Shown piece by piece: positions 1-10,046 of a stretch of DNA of 32,000 bases. The DNA lies in contig WRFS01000021.1 in assembly GCA_009778695.1 (NCBI GenBank), positions 1 through 32,000 on the forward strand, in the 5' to 3' direction. The notes under the pieces were generated by a model that was not told the DNA's origin, searched no databases, and was given only the letters and a program-made list of their open reading frames with translations. Every line of letters starts with the position of its first letter. The stretch's first letter is position 1. This DNA is from Oscillospiraceae bacterium (lineage in GTDB: Bacteria; Bacillota; Clostridia; TANB77; CAG-508). A program made the position numbers and the translations under genes.

Positions 1-3000
1 ATAACGATAACACAATAAAAGACGTAACCTACACAGCAACAGACTTTACAAGTAATGGAATAACAGCAAACCCAGCAAATGGGGCATCGCTAACGGTAGC
101 AAATCATAATGCAAAGCCAGTGACTTTAACATGCAGTGGTGAAACAGCTAATACAAGTAATTTAAAAGTGGTAGCAAAAGCAGTAACAACAATTGCGGTA
201 AAAACTCAGCCAACGAAACTAAACTATGTAGAGGGGCAAACATTAGATTTAACAGGTTTGGTATTAACAATAACATATAACGATAACACAATAAAAGATG
301 TAACATATACAGCAACAGACTTTACAAGTAATGGAATAACAGCAAATCCAGCAAATGGAGCATCGCTAACAGTAGCAAATCATAATGCAAAGCCAGTGAC
401 TTTAACATGCAGTGGTAAAACAGCTAATACAAGCAACTTAACAGTAACAGTATCAACACCAGTAGCAACAACATTCTTTTCAGTTGAGGGCAAAGATATT
501 ATAGACCCAGCAACAAGCGAACCGTATATGATTAAATCTATAAATATTGAAAATGATGTATGGTGGCAATCAAGTTGGCGGAACTTCAGGAGGCATAACC
601 TATGCTCTTATAGGTACTACAGAAAATGATTATAAAAAAATGCAATCATTAGGATTTAATTCAGTTAGATTTTGCTTGAGCTATACATTTTTTAAAGATA
701 ATAAAGGGTTTCAGTTAATAGACCAAAATATAGCTTGGGCAAAAAAGTATGGAATATCAATAATATTAGATATGCATATACCTAATGGTGGTGCCCAAGA
801 ACGGTTCTGGTGATGGGCTGGCCTTATGGACCGATATAAATAATCAAAACGATTTAGTAACTCTTTGGACGAGTATAGCAACTAGATATAAAAATGAACC
901 TACGGTAATTGGATATGATCTTGTTAATGAACCATGTCCTGTAAGGCTTGATTCGGAAACAACGCAACAAGCACTTGACAAATGGGGAAATTTAGCTTCT
1001 CGTATTGCTACAGGGATTAGAAGTGTTGACAGCAATCATATATTATTTGTTGAACCTGTATGTTGTATATTTAATCAATCTGGAAATAAAGAATATAATT
1101 TTCCATCTCGGATATTTGTTTACAGAGATTCCATTTAGTAATGTTGTATATGAATATCATAGTTATATTCCATGGGAATTTGTAGGACAAACTTCTAGTT
1201 CAGTATATAGACTTACATATCCACAAGAAAACATGGTATTGATACCAGAAGATGCTAAAACTAGTATTGTTGATAGTCTGAATGATGCTAGTCAATATAA
1301 TAATACTTTGTCAAATACATGGCAAACAATAAATAATAGTAATCCAGAGGCAGTGTCTAATAGTAATATTAATTATGGAGATGCTGAGATATATGTAAAC
1401 AATCTGGCTTCAAATACTAAGGTATATGTTGATGAGATTAAGGTTTCAGAATATGATAAATCTAATAATTTTATACAAGATGTATTTTTTGATGATTTTT
1501 CTAACGATTTTGACTACAACCTTAATGATAGTGCAGGTACTGGGATAATACAGCATTCGACAAATGAAGGATATTTAGGAACTGGTGCTAAGATAATACA
1601 AGGACCTACGAGTAATGCATCGGTATTTGGATATTATCTTACAAGATTTTTTAAGATTAATCCAAATAATAAATACCAAGTATCGATACGTGTTAAAGTT
1701 GAAAATCCAGGACCAAACACATTAGTACAACCAAGGATTGTATACTTTCATGGTGATGGAATTACTCCATTTGATAAAACTTACATTGAAGCAGAGGTAC
1801 AGCCTTACATCGATTATTCTAATCAAAAAAATGTACCAATATTTATGGGAGAATATGGAGCAGATAGTTGGTGTTTTAAGGAATTAACAAATATAAATGA
1901 TGGTACATTATATACGAACTTAGGAAACTTAGGAGGCGAACAATGGACAGATGATATGTTATCATTTATTATTGATAATGAATTAAATTCATCATATTGG
2001 GCATATAGTAGTCCTTATGGAATAGGATCATTTGAGTTATATTCTGGAGATTATAGTGGCAATAAAACATATATAAACGAGTATTTGGAAAATGCATTTA
2101 TAAATTATTTTGGAGGAACACCAGCAATATCAGGCGAAATATCAATAGTGCCAGATACAACAGACATTGTAACAGGGTTGGGGATAACAGTAAATTGGCC
2201 AGATAATATAGATGGCTTAACAAAGCAAATAAGTATAGATGGAGGGAATACATTTACCACATATACAGGAAAAGTAACAATGACAGCAAATGGAACAGTG
2301 ATAGCAAGATTGGTAGATGGTGATAATAATGTAATAAAAGTAACAAGCTTAACCATAACAAACATAGCAAAAGCAGTAACAACAATTGCAGTAAAAATGC
2401 AGCCAACGAAGTTAAGCTATGTAGAAGGGCAGACACTAGACCTAACAGGTTTGGTAGTAACGTTAACATATAACGACAGCACAACAAAAGACGTAACATA
2501 TACAGCAACAGACTTTACAAATAATGGAATAACAGCCAACCCAGCTAATGGGGCATCGTTAACAGTGGCAAATCATAATGCAAAGCCAGTAACCTTAACA
2601 TGCAGTGGTAAGACTGTTAATACAAGCAACTTAACAGTAACAACAGCAACAACAGGATTTTTCTACACTAGTGGAAAAGAGATAATGGATTCAACAGGGG
2701 CACCATATGTGATTAAATCAATAGGAATTACGAATGATGTATGGAGAGATCCGGCTAACGGAGGACCTGGTGGTATAAACTATGCTCTTACAGACCCAAA
2801 AGAAAGTGATTACCAAAAGTTGCAAGCATTAGGGTTTAATGCAGTTAGGTTTTGTTTGAGGTATACTTTTTTTCAAGATAGTAAAGGGTTTCAGTTAATA
2901 GACCAAAATATAGCTTGGGCAAAAAAGTATGGAATATCAATAATATTAGATATGCATGTACCTAATGGTGGTGCACAAGAACGGTTCCGGTGATGGACTG

Positions 3001-4573
3001 GCTTTATGGACCGACGTAAATAATCAAAACGATTTAGTAACTCTTTGGACGAGTATAGCAACTAGATATAAAAATGAACCAACAATAATGGGATATGATC
3101 TTGTTAATGAACCATGTCCTGTAAGGCTTGATTCAGAAACAACACAACAAGCATATGATAAATGGGGAAATTTAGCTTCTCGTATTGCTACAGGAATTAG
3201 AAGTGTTGATAGTAATCATATATTATTTGTTGAACCTGTATCTTGTGTGTTTAATCAATCTGGAAATAAAGAATATAGTGTTCCATCTCGGATATTTGTT
3301 TACAGAGGTTGCATTTAGTAATGTTGTGTATGAATTTCATAATTATACTATAATGGACTATGCAGGGCAAAGTTCTTCATCGAATCCAGTGTTTACATAT
3401 CCAGATGATGGGCTAGCGATAATACCAGATAATGCACAAATGAGTCACATTGGCGGATTGTTAGATTCAGGAAAATATAATAATAGTTCATCAAATACAT
3501 GGCAAATATTAAAAAATAATACACCAGAGTCCGTATCAAGTAATGTTAATGTTGGATTTCCTGAGATAGTAGTAAGTAATTTAGCTTCAAATACTAAGGT
3601 AACTATTGATGAAATTAAGGTTTCAGAGTATGATCAATCTAATAATTTTATACGAGATGTATTTGACGAAGATTTTTCGAGTGACTTTGGTTATCAGCTT
3701 TATGATAATGGGGCAAATAATACACAAATACAATATTCAACAAATGGAGGAAATTTATCATCAGGTGCTGAGATTTTACAAGGACCTACGGGTGCTAATG
3801 CAACAATATATCGCCAATATTTGGCAAAGTATTGTTCTGTTAATCCAAATAATAAATATCAGGTATCAATAAATGTTAAGATTGAAAACCCAGGGGCAAA
3901 TACAGTAGTGTATCCAGAAATTTTATATTATAGTTGTGCAGGAGCATCTCCATTTAATAAAAGTTGCCTTCAGGCGTCAATACAACCTTATGTTGACTAT
4001 TCTAATCAAAAAAATGTACCAATCTTTATGGGAGAATATGGAGTAACTAATTGGTGCTTTAAAGAAATAAAAACAGTAAGTGATGGTACACTATACACAG
4101 AAGGAAATTTGGGTGGAGAACAATATATGGCTGATATGCTATCAGTTATTAATGCTAACAAATTAAATTCATCATATTGGGCTTATAGTGGTTTTTCTAC
4201 AAATGATTGGGGGATATATTCTGGATTTGGTAATTTATATTATGCAACTGGTTGGAAGACATATGAGAATGAATCATTAGAGAATATATTTATGAATTAT
4301 TTTGGAGGGACACCAGCAATATCAGGCGAAATATCAATAGTGCCGGATACAACAGACATTGTAACAGGACTGGGAATAACAGTAAACTGGCCAAATAATA
4401 TAGATGGCTTAACAAAGCAAATAAGTATAGATGGAGGGAATACATTTACCCCATATACAGGAAAAGTAACAATGACAGCAAATGGAACAGTAATAGCAAG
4501 GTTAATAGACGGAAATAATAATATAATAAAAACAGCAAGTCTAACTGTAACAAATATAGGAGTAACACCGTAA
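1..4573 (+). CDS. 5'-partial large secreted multidomain glycoside hydrolase: Big_3-like Ig repeats plus two tandem GH5 (cellulase-family) catalytic modules, each with an inserted CBM-like beta-sandwich and a C-terminal Ig-like domain. The frame is continuous only with +1 shifts at in-frame CGG codons 579, 802, 1109, 2982 and 3289.
   Basis: Repeated ~90-aa modules AKAVTTIAVKxQPTKLxYVEGQTLDLTGLVxTxTYND...PVTLTCSGKT. GH5 hallmarks occur twice: DMHxPNGGAQ, YKNEPTxxGYDLVNEP (acid/base Glu), NVVYExHxY, IFMGEYG (nucleophile Glu), NSSYWAYS. ORF-track pieces 120-629, 547-813, 785-1138, 1005-2993, 2956-3318 and 3185-4573 join exactly at CGG codons. No start codon in the window. Confidence 0.7.
475..4573 (+). 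repeat. Tandem ~2.2-kb intragenic duplication (GH5 module 1 at ~475-2655, module 2 at ~2656-4573)
   Basis: DNA 690-1140 is nearly identical to 2870-3320, and 2105-2260 to 4306-4460. The intervening CBM-like parts are more diverged. The same domain order appears twice. Confidence 0.85.
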
Positions 4574-4585
4574 TTTTTTTCTACT

Positions 4586-4714
4586 TGGTGTTATAGTGGT
4601 TATTTTACAAATGATTGGGGAATATATGCTAGAGCTGATAGCGTATATACTGGTGGTTGGAAGACTTATGAAAATGAAGCCTTGGAGAATGCATTTATAA
4701 ATTATTTTAAATAA
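4586..4714 (+). pseudogene. Orphan remnant of a GH5 C-terminus (WCYSGYFTNDWGIYARADSVYTGGWKTYENEALENAFINYFK*), left just downstream of the hydrolase stop
   Basis: Translation parallels residues SSYWAYSGFSTNDWGIYSG...GWKTYENESLENIFMNYFGG of module 2 (around 4180-4310). No start codon or RBS; lies directly after the stop at 4571-4573. Confidence 0.6.
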
Positions 4715-4794
4715 ATTTTAGTATGTGAAAAACAGCACGTTATTGTGTTGTTTTTTACTTATCAATAGTGTATAATTACCATAGGAGAAACGTG

Positions 4795-6862
4795 ATGTTT
4801 GCGGAAATTATAATAAACAAAGATGCAAAGCAACTTAATAAGGTGTTTGATTACATAGTTCCAAAACAATTTGAAAAAGAAATTCGTATTGGAGCTAGGG
4901 TTTCTGTATCTTTTGCAAAAAATAAAAAAGCCATAAATGGCTTTGTAGTGGCATTAAAGTCTAATTCGGAGTTTGCAAATAAAGAGATTATTAGTATAGA
5001 AAATAATTATTTAACTGAGAAAGATATAAAATTGGCAGAATTAATGGCAAGAAGGTATTTTTGTAATGTTTCGGAATGTATAAAATTAATGCTTCCAGCA
5101 GGAACAAAAGAAAAAGAAAAAAAAATAAAAAGAGTTTCATTAAAATTAAAAGATGTTGAAAAGGACACGCATCATAAATTAAATGCAGAACAGCAAATAG
5201 CTTTCAACAGGGTTAATGAAGCAGTGCAAAAAAACATAAATAAGGAGTTTTTATTATATGGAGTTACTGGTTCTGGTAAAACAGAAGTTTATTTGCAATT
5301 GTTAGATAATATATTGAAAAAAGAAAAAAGTGCAATTGTATTGGTACCAGAAATTTCACTAACCCCACAAATAATAAATAGATTTATTGCTAGATTTGGA
5401 GAAAATGAAGTAGCAGTTTTGCATAGTAAATTAACTACGGGGCAAAGATTTGATGCATGGCATAAGGTTCATAGTGGCGAAGCCAAAATTGTAATTGGAG
5501 CTAGATCTGCAATTTTTGCACCAGCAAGAAACCTAGGACTGGTAATAATAGATGAAGAACATGATTCGTCATATAAATCAGATATGACGCCAAGATTTAA
5601 TGCAAAAGAAATTGCACGTTATTTATGTAGGCAAAATAATGCTCCATTGTTATTGGGAAGTGCAACCCCTGATTTGAATACGTTTTATAGGGCGAATTTA
5701 AATATGGGCGAGCGGGTCGCCGAGGACGTCGACCCCTGCATTGGATATACATAGAAAACCAAATCAAAATATAGAATTGTTGAAATTGTCAAAAAGGGCT
5801 AATAATGCAAATTTGCCAGAGGTTGAAATTGTTGACTTGCGTCAGGAATTAGTAATGGGAAATAGAACAATGATTAGCATAAAATTGTTTAATGCAATTC
5901 AAGAAAATATGAAAAATAATCAGCAAACCATATTGTTTTTAAATAGACGAGGATTCTCTACATTTGTAATGTGTAGAGAATGTGGGCATACGTTAAAGTG
6001 TAAAAACTGCAATATTAGTTTAACATACCATAGCAAAGAAAATGTATTAAAATGCCACTATTGTGGATATAAGATAAAGCCAGTTACAGTTTGCCCAAAA
6101 TGTGGTTCTAAAAAGATAAAATACTTAGGAACAGGTACTCAAAAATTGGAAACAGAAATTCAAAAAATGTTTCCAGGTGTTTCTACAATACGAATGGATG
6201 TTGATACCATAAAAAAAGATAATACTCATGAAGATATTTTAAATAAATTTAAAGAAGAAAATATAAATATTTTGATTGGGACACAAATGGTGGTTAAAGG
6301 GCATCATTTTCCTAATGTTACATTGGTGGGGGTTATAATTGCGGATAGCAGTTTGAACATTGAAGACTATAGGGCGACGGAAAGAACATTCCAATTACTT
6401 ACTCAAGTTGCTGGACGTGCTGGTCGAGAAAATTTACCGGGAAAAGTTATAATTCAAACATATAACCCAGAAAACTATAGTATAATATTTTCGCAAGAAC
6501 AAGATTACGATAAATTTTATAAAACAGAAATAAATTTAAGGGAACAGTTGAAATATCCACCATTTTGCGATATAATATCGATTAATATAGTATCGGATAT
6601 TGAAAAAAATGTAGAAGAATTATCTGCTTTTATATATAAAGAATTAGTCAATATTAACTTAAAAGGCAAAATGCTGATATTTAAGCCAATGCCTTCACCA
6701 ATTGATAGAATTAAAAATAAAATAAGATGGAGAATTATAATTAAATGTAAGTTTGATAATAATATAATAGATGTGTTAAATAGTATCTTAAAGAAGTGTT
6801 ATAGCTTGAATTATAAGGACACTGGAGTTGTTGTAGATGTGAACCCGAATAGTTTTGTTTAG
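4795..6862 (+). CDS. priA: Primosomal replication-restart helicase PriA (needs a +1 shift at CGG 5713; carries a ~60-nt GC-rich insertion)
   Basis: Walker A GVTGSGKTEVY, DEEHD box, LGSATP, Cys-rich zinc region (CRECGHTLKCKNC...CHYCGY...CPKCGS), GTQMVVKGHHFPNVTLVG. ATG 4795 follows AGGAGA. ORF pieces 4768-5754 and 5741-6862 join at CGG 5713-5715. Confidence 0.85.
5714..5742 (+). repeat. REP-like GC-rich hairpin (GGGTCG-N10-CGACCC + CTGCATT) inside the priA coding sequence
   Basis: The 22-nt GGGTCGCCGAGGACGTCGACCC is identical to 28317-28338. It sits in an otherwise ~30% GC gene, in a stretch that has no counterpart in B. subtilis PriA as I recall it. Confidence 0.5.
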
Positions 6863-6863
6863 G

Positions 6864-6990
6864 ATGTCCGCTTGTGGTGGTTAGTATATATTTTTAAAAA
6901 GCTCCTCCAAGCCTCCGAAGACTCCATGGGCCTCAATGGGCTGTCGTTCGCTTTTTAAAAATATATACTAACCACCACAAGCTACTTTAC
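6864..6990 (+). repeat. Long-stem palindromic element, copy A (31-bp perfect stem 6871-6901/6951-6981, 49-nt core)
   Basis: Arms cttgtggtggttagtatatatttttaaaaag and ctttttaaaaatatatactaaccaccacaag are exact reverse complements. Core is CTCCTCCAAGCCTCCGAAGACTCCATGGGCCTCAATGGGCTGTCGTTCG. 3' flank is GCTACTTT. Confidence 0.85.
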
Positions 6991-7044
6991 TACAAGCTAT
7001 TGATAGTATTGAAAATATTTCTGAAAGGGAAAAAGGGGTAAAAT

Positions 7045-7542
7045 ATGGCAATTAGAATTATAAGAGAATATGGTGACGAAATATTAAAAAAGAAATCGAA
7101 ACCAGTTGAAGTTGTGAATAATAAAATTAGAGAACTAATACAAGATATGAAAGATACAATGCACAAATTTAATGGTTTGGGATTGGCCGCACCACAAGTA
7201 GGAGTACTTAAACGAATATTAGTAATAGACTTGTATGAAGAAGATTTTGAATGCTTAGTTTTAGTTAACCCAGTTATAGAAAAACAACAAGGGAAACAAA
7301 CAGTAGATGAAGGATGTTTAAGTTTTCCAAATCAATTTGGTAAAGTAGAAAGACCAGAAAAAGTAACAGTTAAAGGATTAAATGAATTTGGTGAAAAAAT
7401 AAAAATAGTTGCAACTGGAATACTTGCACAAGCGATTTGCCACGAGGTAGATCACTTAGAAGGGCAGCTTTTTATAGACAAGATTATTCCTGGAACATTC
7501 GAGATAATTAAACCAGAAGATGTTGAGAAGAAGGAAATATAG
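7045..7542 (+). CDS. def: Peptide deformylase
   Basis: Motifs GLAAPQVG, EGCLSFP and HEVDHLEG. RBS AAAGGGG lies upstream. Conserved priA-def-fmt gene order. Confidence 0.9.
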   Translation: MAIRIIREYGDEILKKKSKPVEVVNNKIRELIQDMKDTMHKFNGLGLAAPQVGVLKRILVIDLYEEDFECLVLVNPVIEKQQGKQTVDEGCLSFPNQFGKVERPEKVTVKGLNEFGEKIKIVATGILAQAICHEVDHLEGQLFIDKIIPGTFEIIKPEDVEKKEI

Positions 7543-7585
7543 AAAGAGTAAATAGTTTCAAATTTAAGTACATGGAATAGCGTGA

Positions 7586-7625
7586 GTGGTTGTAGTATCT
7601 TTTTTAAAAAAGATACTACAACCAC
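7586..7625. repeat. Perfect 40-nt palindrome: a core-less relative of the long-stem element family
   Basis: GTGGTTGTAGTATCTTTTTT/AAAAAAGATACTACAACCAC. The arm resembles copy D (GTGGGTGTAATATC) and is flanked by GGAAGC like D. Confidence 0.8.
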
Positions 7626-7675
7626 GGAAGCGAACTATTACAATCGATTTTAAATGTAATAAGGAGGAATTAATA

Positions 7676-8665
7676 ATGCGAATAGTATTCATGGGAACGC
7701 CAGACTTTGCAAAAGAATCATTAGAAACATTATACAATGCAAATCACGAAATAGCATTGGTAATAACCGCACCAGATAAGCCAAAAGGTAGAGGCATGAA
7801 GTTAACTGCATCACCAGTAAAAGAATATGCAATTTCAAAAAAACTTCAAATAGAACAACCCGAAAAAATAACAGGCAATAATGAAATCTTAGAAAAAATA
7901 AAACAGGCAAACCCAGATGTATTATGCGTTGTAGCATATGGGAAAATACTTCCGAAAGAAATATTAACCATTGCAAAAAAAGGAGCAATAAACGTTCATG
8001 GTTCATTACTACCTAAATATAGAGGGGCAGCACCAATACAATGGGCGATTTTAAATGGAGAAGAAAAAACAGGAATAACAACAATGTTTATGAATGAAAA
8101 GCTGGATGAAGGAGATATGTTGCTAAAAGAAGAGGTAAAAATTAGTAAAGATGAAACTTTTGGTGAACTTTGGCAAAGGTTAGCAAAAACTGGTGCTAAT
8201 TTATTAATTGAAACACTAAAATTAATTGAGAAAAACCAAATAATTGCAATACCTCAACCAAATGAAGCAACATATGCACCAAAACTTTCAAAAGAAATAG
8301 CAAAAATAGATTGGGAAAATAAAACTGCTGGAGAAATAAAAAATCTTGTAAGAGGGCTAAATCCAATAATGGGGGCTTATACATTTTTGAATGGAACCAA
8401 AATAAAATTTTGGAAAATAGATGTTGTTAGTTATGAAGAATTTATAGAAAAATTCAATAATTTTAATGAATTTGCAGAAAGAATTAAAAAAATAGAACCA
8501 GGGACTGTAATGCATGCGGATCCAAAACAGGGGTTGTATGTAAAAACAAAAGATACAATAATTTCGGTGTTGGAAATTCAAGGGGAAAACGCAAAAAGAA
8601 TGAGCATAAATGAATATCTACGAGGCAACGAAATTAGACCAATGCAAATGTTCGAATGTTACTAG
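7676..8665 (+). CDS. fmt: Methionyl-tRNA formyltransferase
   Basis: VFMGTPDFA N-terminus and HGSLLPKYRGAAPIQWAI. ATG 7676 follows AAGGAGG. The ORF-track start at 7586 lies inside the palindrome and was not used. Confidence 0.9.
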   Translation: MRIVFMGTPDFAKESLETLYNANHEIALVITAPDKPKGRGMKLTASPVKEYAISKKLQIEQPEKITGNNEILEKIKQANPDVLCVVAYGKILPKEILTIAKKGAINVHGSLLPKYRGAAPIQWAILNGEEKTGITTMFMNEKLDEGDMLLKEEVKISKDETFGELWQRLAKTGANLLIETLKLIEKNQIIAIPQPNEATYAPKLSKEIAKIDWENKTAGEIKNLVRGLNPIMGAYTFLNGTKIKFWKIDVVSYEEFIEKFNNFNEFAERIKKIEPGTVMHADPKQGLYVKTKDTIISVLEIQGENAKRMSINEYLRGNEIRPMQMFECY

Positions 8666-8675
8666 TTAACACTTT

Positions 8676-8955
8676 TCAGCAAAGTAGCCCTTGGAGTATA
8701 GTAGACTTCTTTCGAAACATAAAATGTGATATACTTACAAAAAACAAGTAGGTGTCATTCTGAGCGTTGCTACAAAGCCTTGCTCACGAAGAATCTTACT
8801 AAATGGTAGGTATACAAATGAAAATAGATAAAGTAAGATTCTTCGTAAGTCGGGCTACGAAGTAAGGCTCAGAATGACAATGTCTGAAATTCACATAGAT
8901 TTCGAAAAAACTATACTATACTTGAGGAGGCGGAAGTTTTAGGCTAAACCATTAA
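8676..8955 (-). repeat. Composite element: a degenerate long-stem family member (reverse orientation) whose core is replaced by a second, unrelated ~127-nt palindrome (8753-8879)
   Basis: Right end CTATACTATACTTGAGGAGGCGGAAGTTTTAGGCTAAACCATTAAT is the reverse complement of the copy E left flank. Left end is AGCAAAGTAGC. The inner arms TGTCATTCTGAGC...ACGAAGAATCTTACT and AGTAAGATTCTTCGT...GCTCAGAATGACA pair. Confidence 0.7.
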
Positions 8956-9068
8956 TAGTAACTGAAATGTGTTGCTTTTTCTTTACAAAAGTCAAAAAAT
9001 GTGATAAAATCGATTAAATTAGTAGTTGCACCATAGTATTTTATAGTGCAAAAAAGGAGGATTTTAAT

Positions 9069-10007
9069 ATGGTTGAAGATTCAGCAATTAAAACAAAAGT
9101 ATCGCCTTTTGCGATAAGAGAAGGAGAAATAAAAAAATTTGCAGGTAAAGATGGATATGTTTCCATGAACCAAATTGTAAAAAAGATAGATTTAGGACAA
9201 ATTGGTGATGTTCATTTTAAAATCTTGGAATTGGTAAATAAATTTGAATTTATTACTTCGAGGCAGTTGTTTCAATTATTACAGATAGATAAAATTGAAA
9301 TAAGCTCGCAAGACAAGCTAAATACTAAACTAGAACAGATGACGAAATTAAAAATGCTTACAAGATATTTTTTTGAGTCTGAAGAAGGACAAGGCATATA
9401 CAGAATATATTGTTTAGAAAAAATGGGTAAATATTTGCTTAATTCCAAAGAAATAGAATGTAAGTGGCAGCCAACTGATAATACAAAACCTATAGAAATG
9501 ATAAAGAAAAGGCTGGCTGGTAATCAAACTATAATAGCATATTTACAGAAGGTTTTAGCAATAAAAAAATACGAACCAAAACCTACTTTAAATGCCAAAA
9601 TGGCAGGAAAGAAATTTAAAGTAACAGGTGGCCATATATTAATAGAAAAAGGTAAAAAAAGTATAGACCTTTTATTTGAAGTGGTAAGAAGAGATTTGGA
9701 TTGGGCAAATAAATTAGTCGAAAAAATGAAATTATATAAAGATTTTTATGATAATTTCGTCATAATGGATGGTGGGTTTCAGGCTAAACCTCAATTGGTT
9801 TTTGTATGTGAAGACGATAAACACATGGTTGAGGTTCTAAAAACAATAGTAACTAATAAGGTAGAAATAGATGGATTAACATTATATTTTACAACGGATT
9901 TGAAGCAAATTTCAGAAGAATTAGCTAAAACATTAGTTAAGTTTGTTTTTGATAAGGAACAAAAAAGATATAAAATAGAGATTCCAGAGATTTCATTCTT
10001 TAAGTGA
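9069..10007 (+). CDS. Hypothetical protein (312 aa), possibly a replication-relaxation/winged-helix family protein
   Basis: Long ORF with RBS AAGGAGG 7 nt upstream. The N-terminal part resembles wHTH replication-relaxation proteins by eye only; no catalytic motif was recognised. Confidence 0.5.
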   Translation: MVEDSAIKTKVSPFAIREGEIKKFAGKDGYVSMNQIVKKIDLGQIGDVHFKILELVNKFEFITSRQLFQLLQIDKIEISSQDKLNTKLEQMTKLKMLTRYFFESEEGQGIYRIYCLEKMGKYLLNSKEIECKWQPTDNTKPIEMIKKRLAGNQTIIAYLQKVLAIKKYEPKPTLNAKMAGKKFKVTGGHILIEKGKKSIDLLFEVVRRDLDWANKLVEKMKLYKDFYDNFVIMDGGFQAKPQLVFVCEDDKHMVEVLKTIVTNKVEIDGLTLYFTTDLKQISEELAKTLVKFVFDKEQKRYKIEIPEISFFK

Positions 10008-10046
10008 GATTCTAATAATTAAAATTCTAAAAGGGGGAAATATAGA

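Noticed and set aside
2254-2508. Antisense or overlapping ORF-track entries with Leu/Phe-rich low-complexity translations: 844-1035, 2105-2365, 2254-2508, 7689-8006, 8196-8581, 10249-10713, 11143-11481, 16401-16694, 18489-18972, 24067-24282, 25211-25438, 26165-26605, 27529-27807, 28416-28739, 31014-31211 and 31434-31673
   Set aside because: They lie opposite or out of frame to well-supported genes, lack RBS, and show the composition expected from reading AT-rich coding DNA in the wrong frame.
5704-5765. The priA interruption as a mini-intron or intein
   Set aside because: It is far too short for a group I or II intron or an intein. It stays open in the +1 frame after CGG 5713 and matches a repeat found intergenically at 28317.
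6927-6959. A 10-aa ORF (MGLNGLSFAF / MGLKGLSFAF) inside the core of the long-stem element
   Set aside because: The ATG is absent in core-variant copies B and D (CCGTATGCC puts ATG in a different frame), and there is no RBS. The conservation is better explained at the nucleotide or structure level.
7586-7675. ORF-track N-terminal extension of fmt (start at 7586), which contains an in-frame CGG at 7625
   Set aside because: The extension lies within the 40-nt palindrome and has no RBS. ATG 7676 has AAGGAGG upstream, and the Fmt homology begins there, so this CGG is non-coding.
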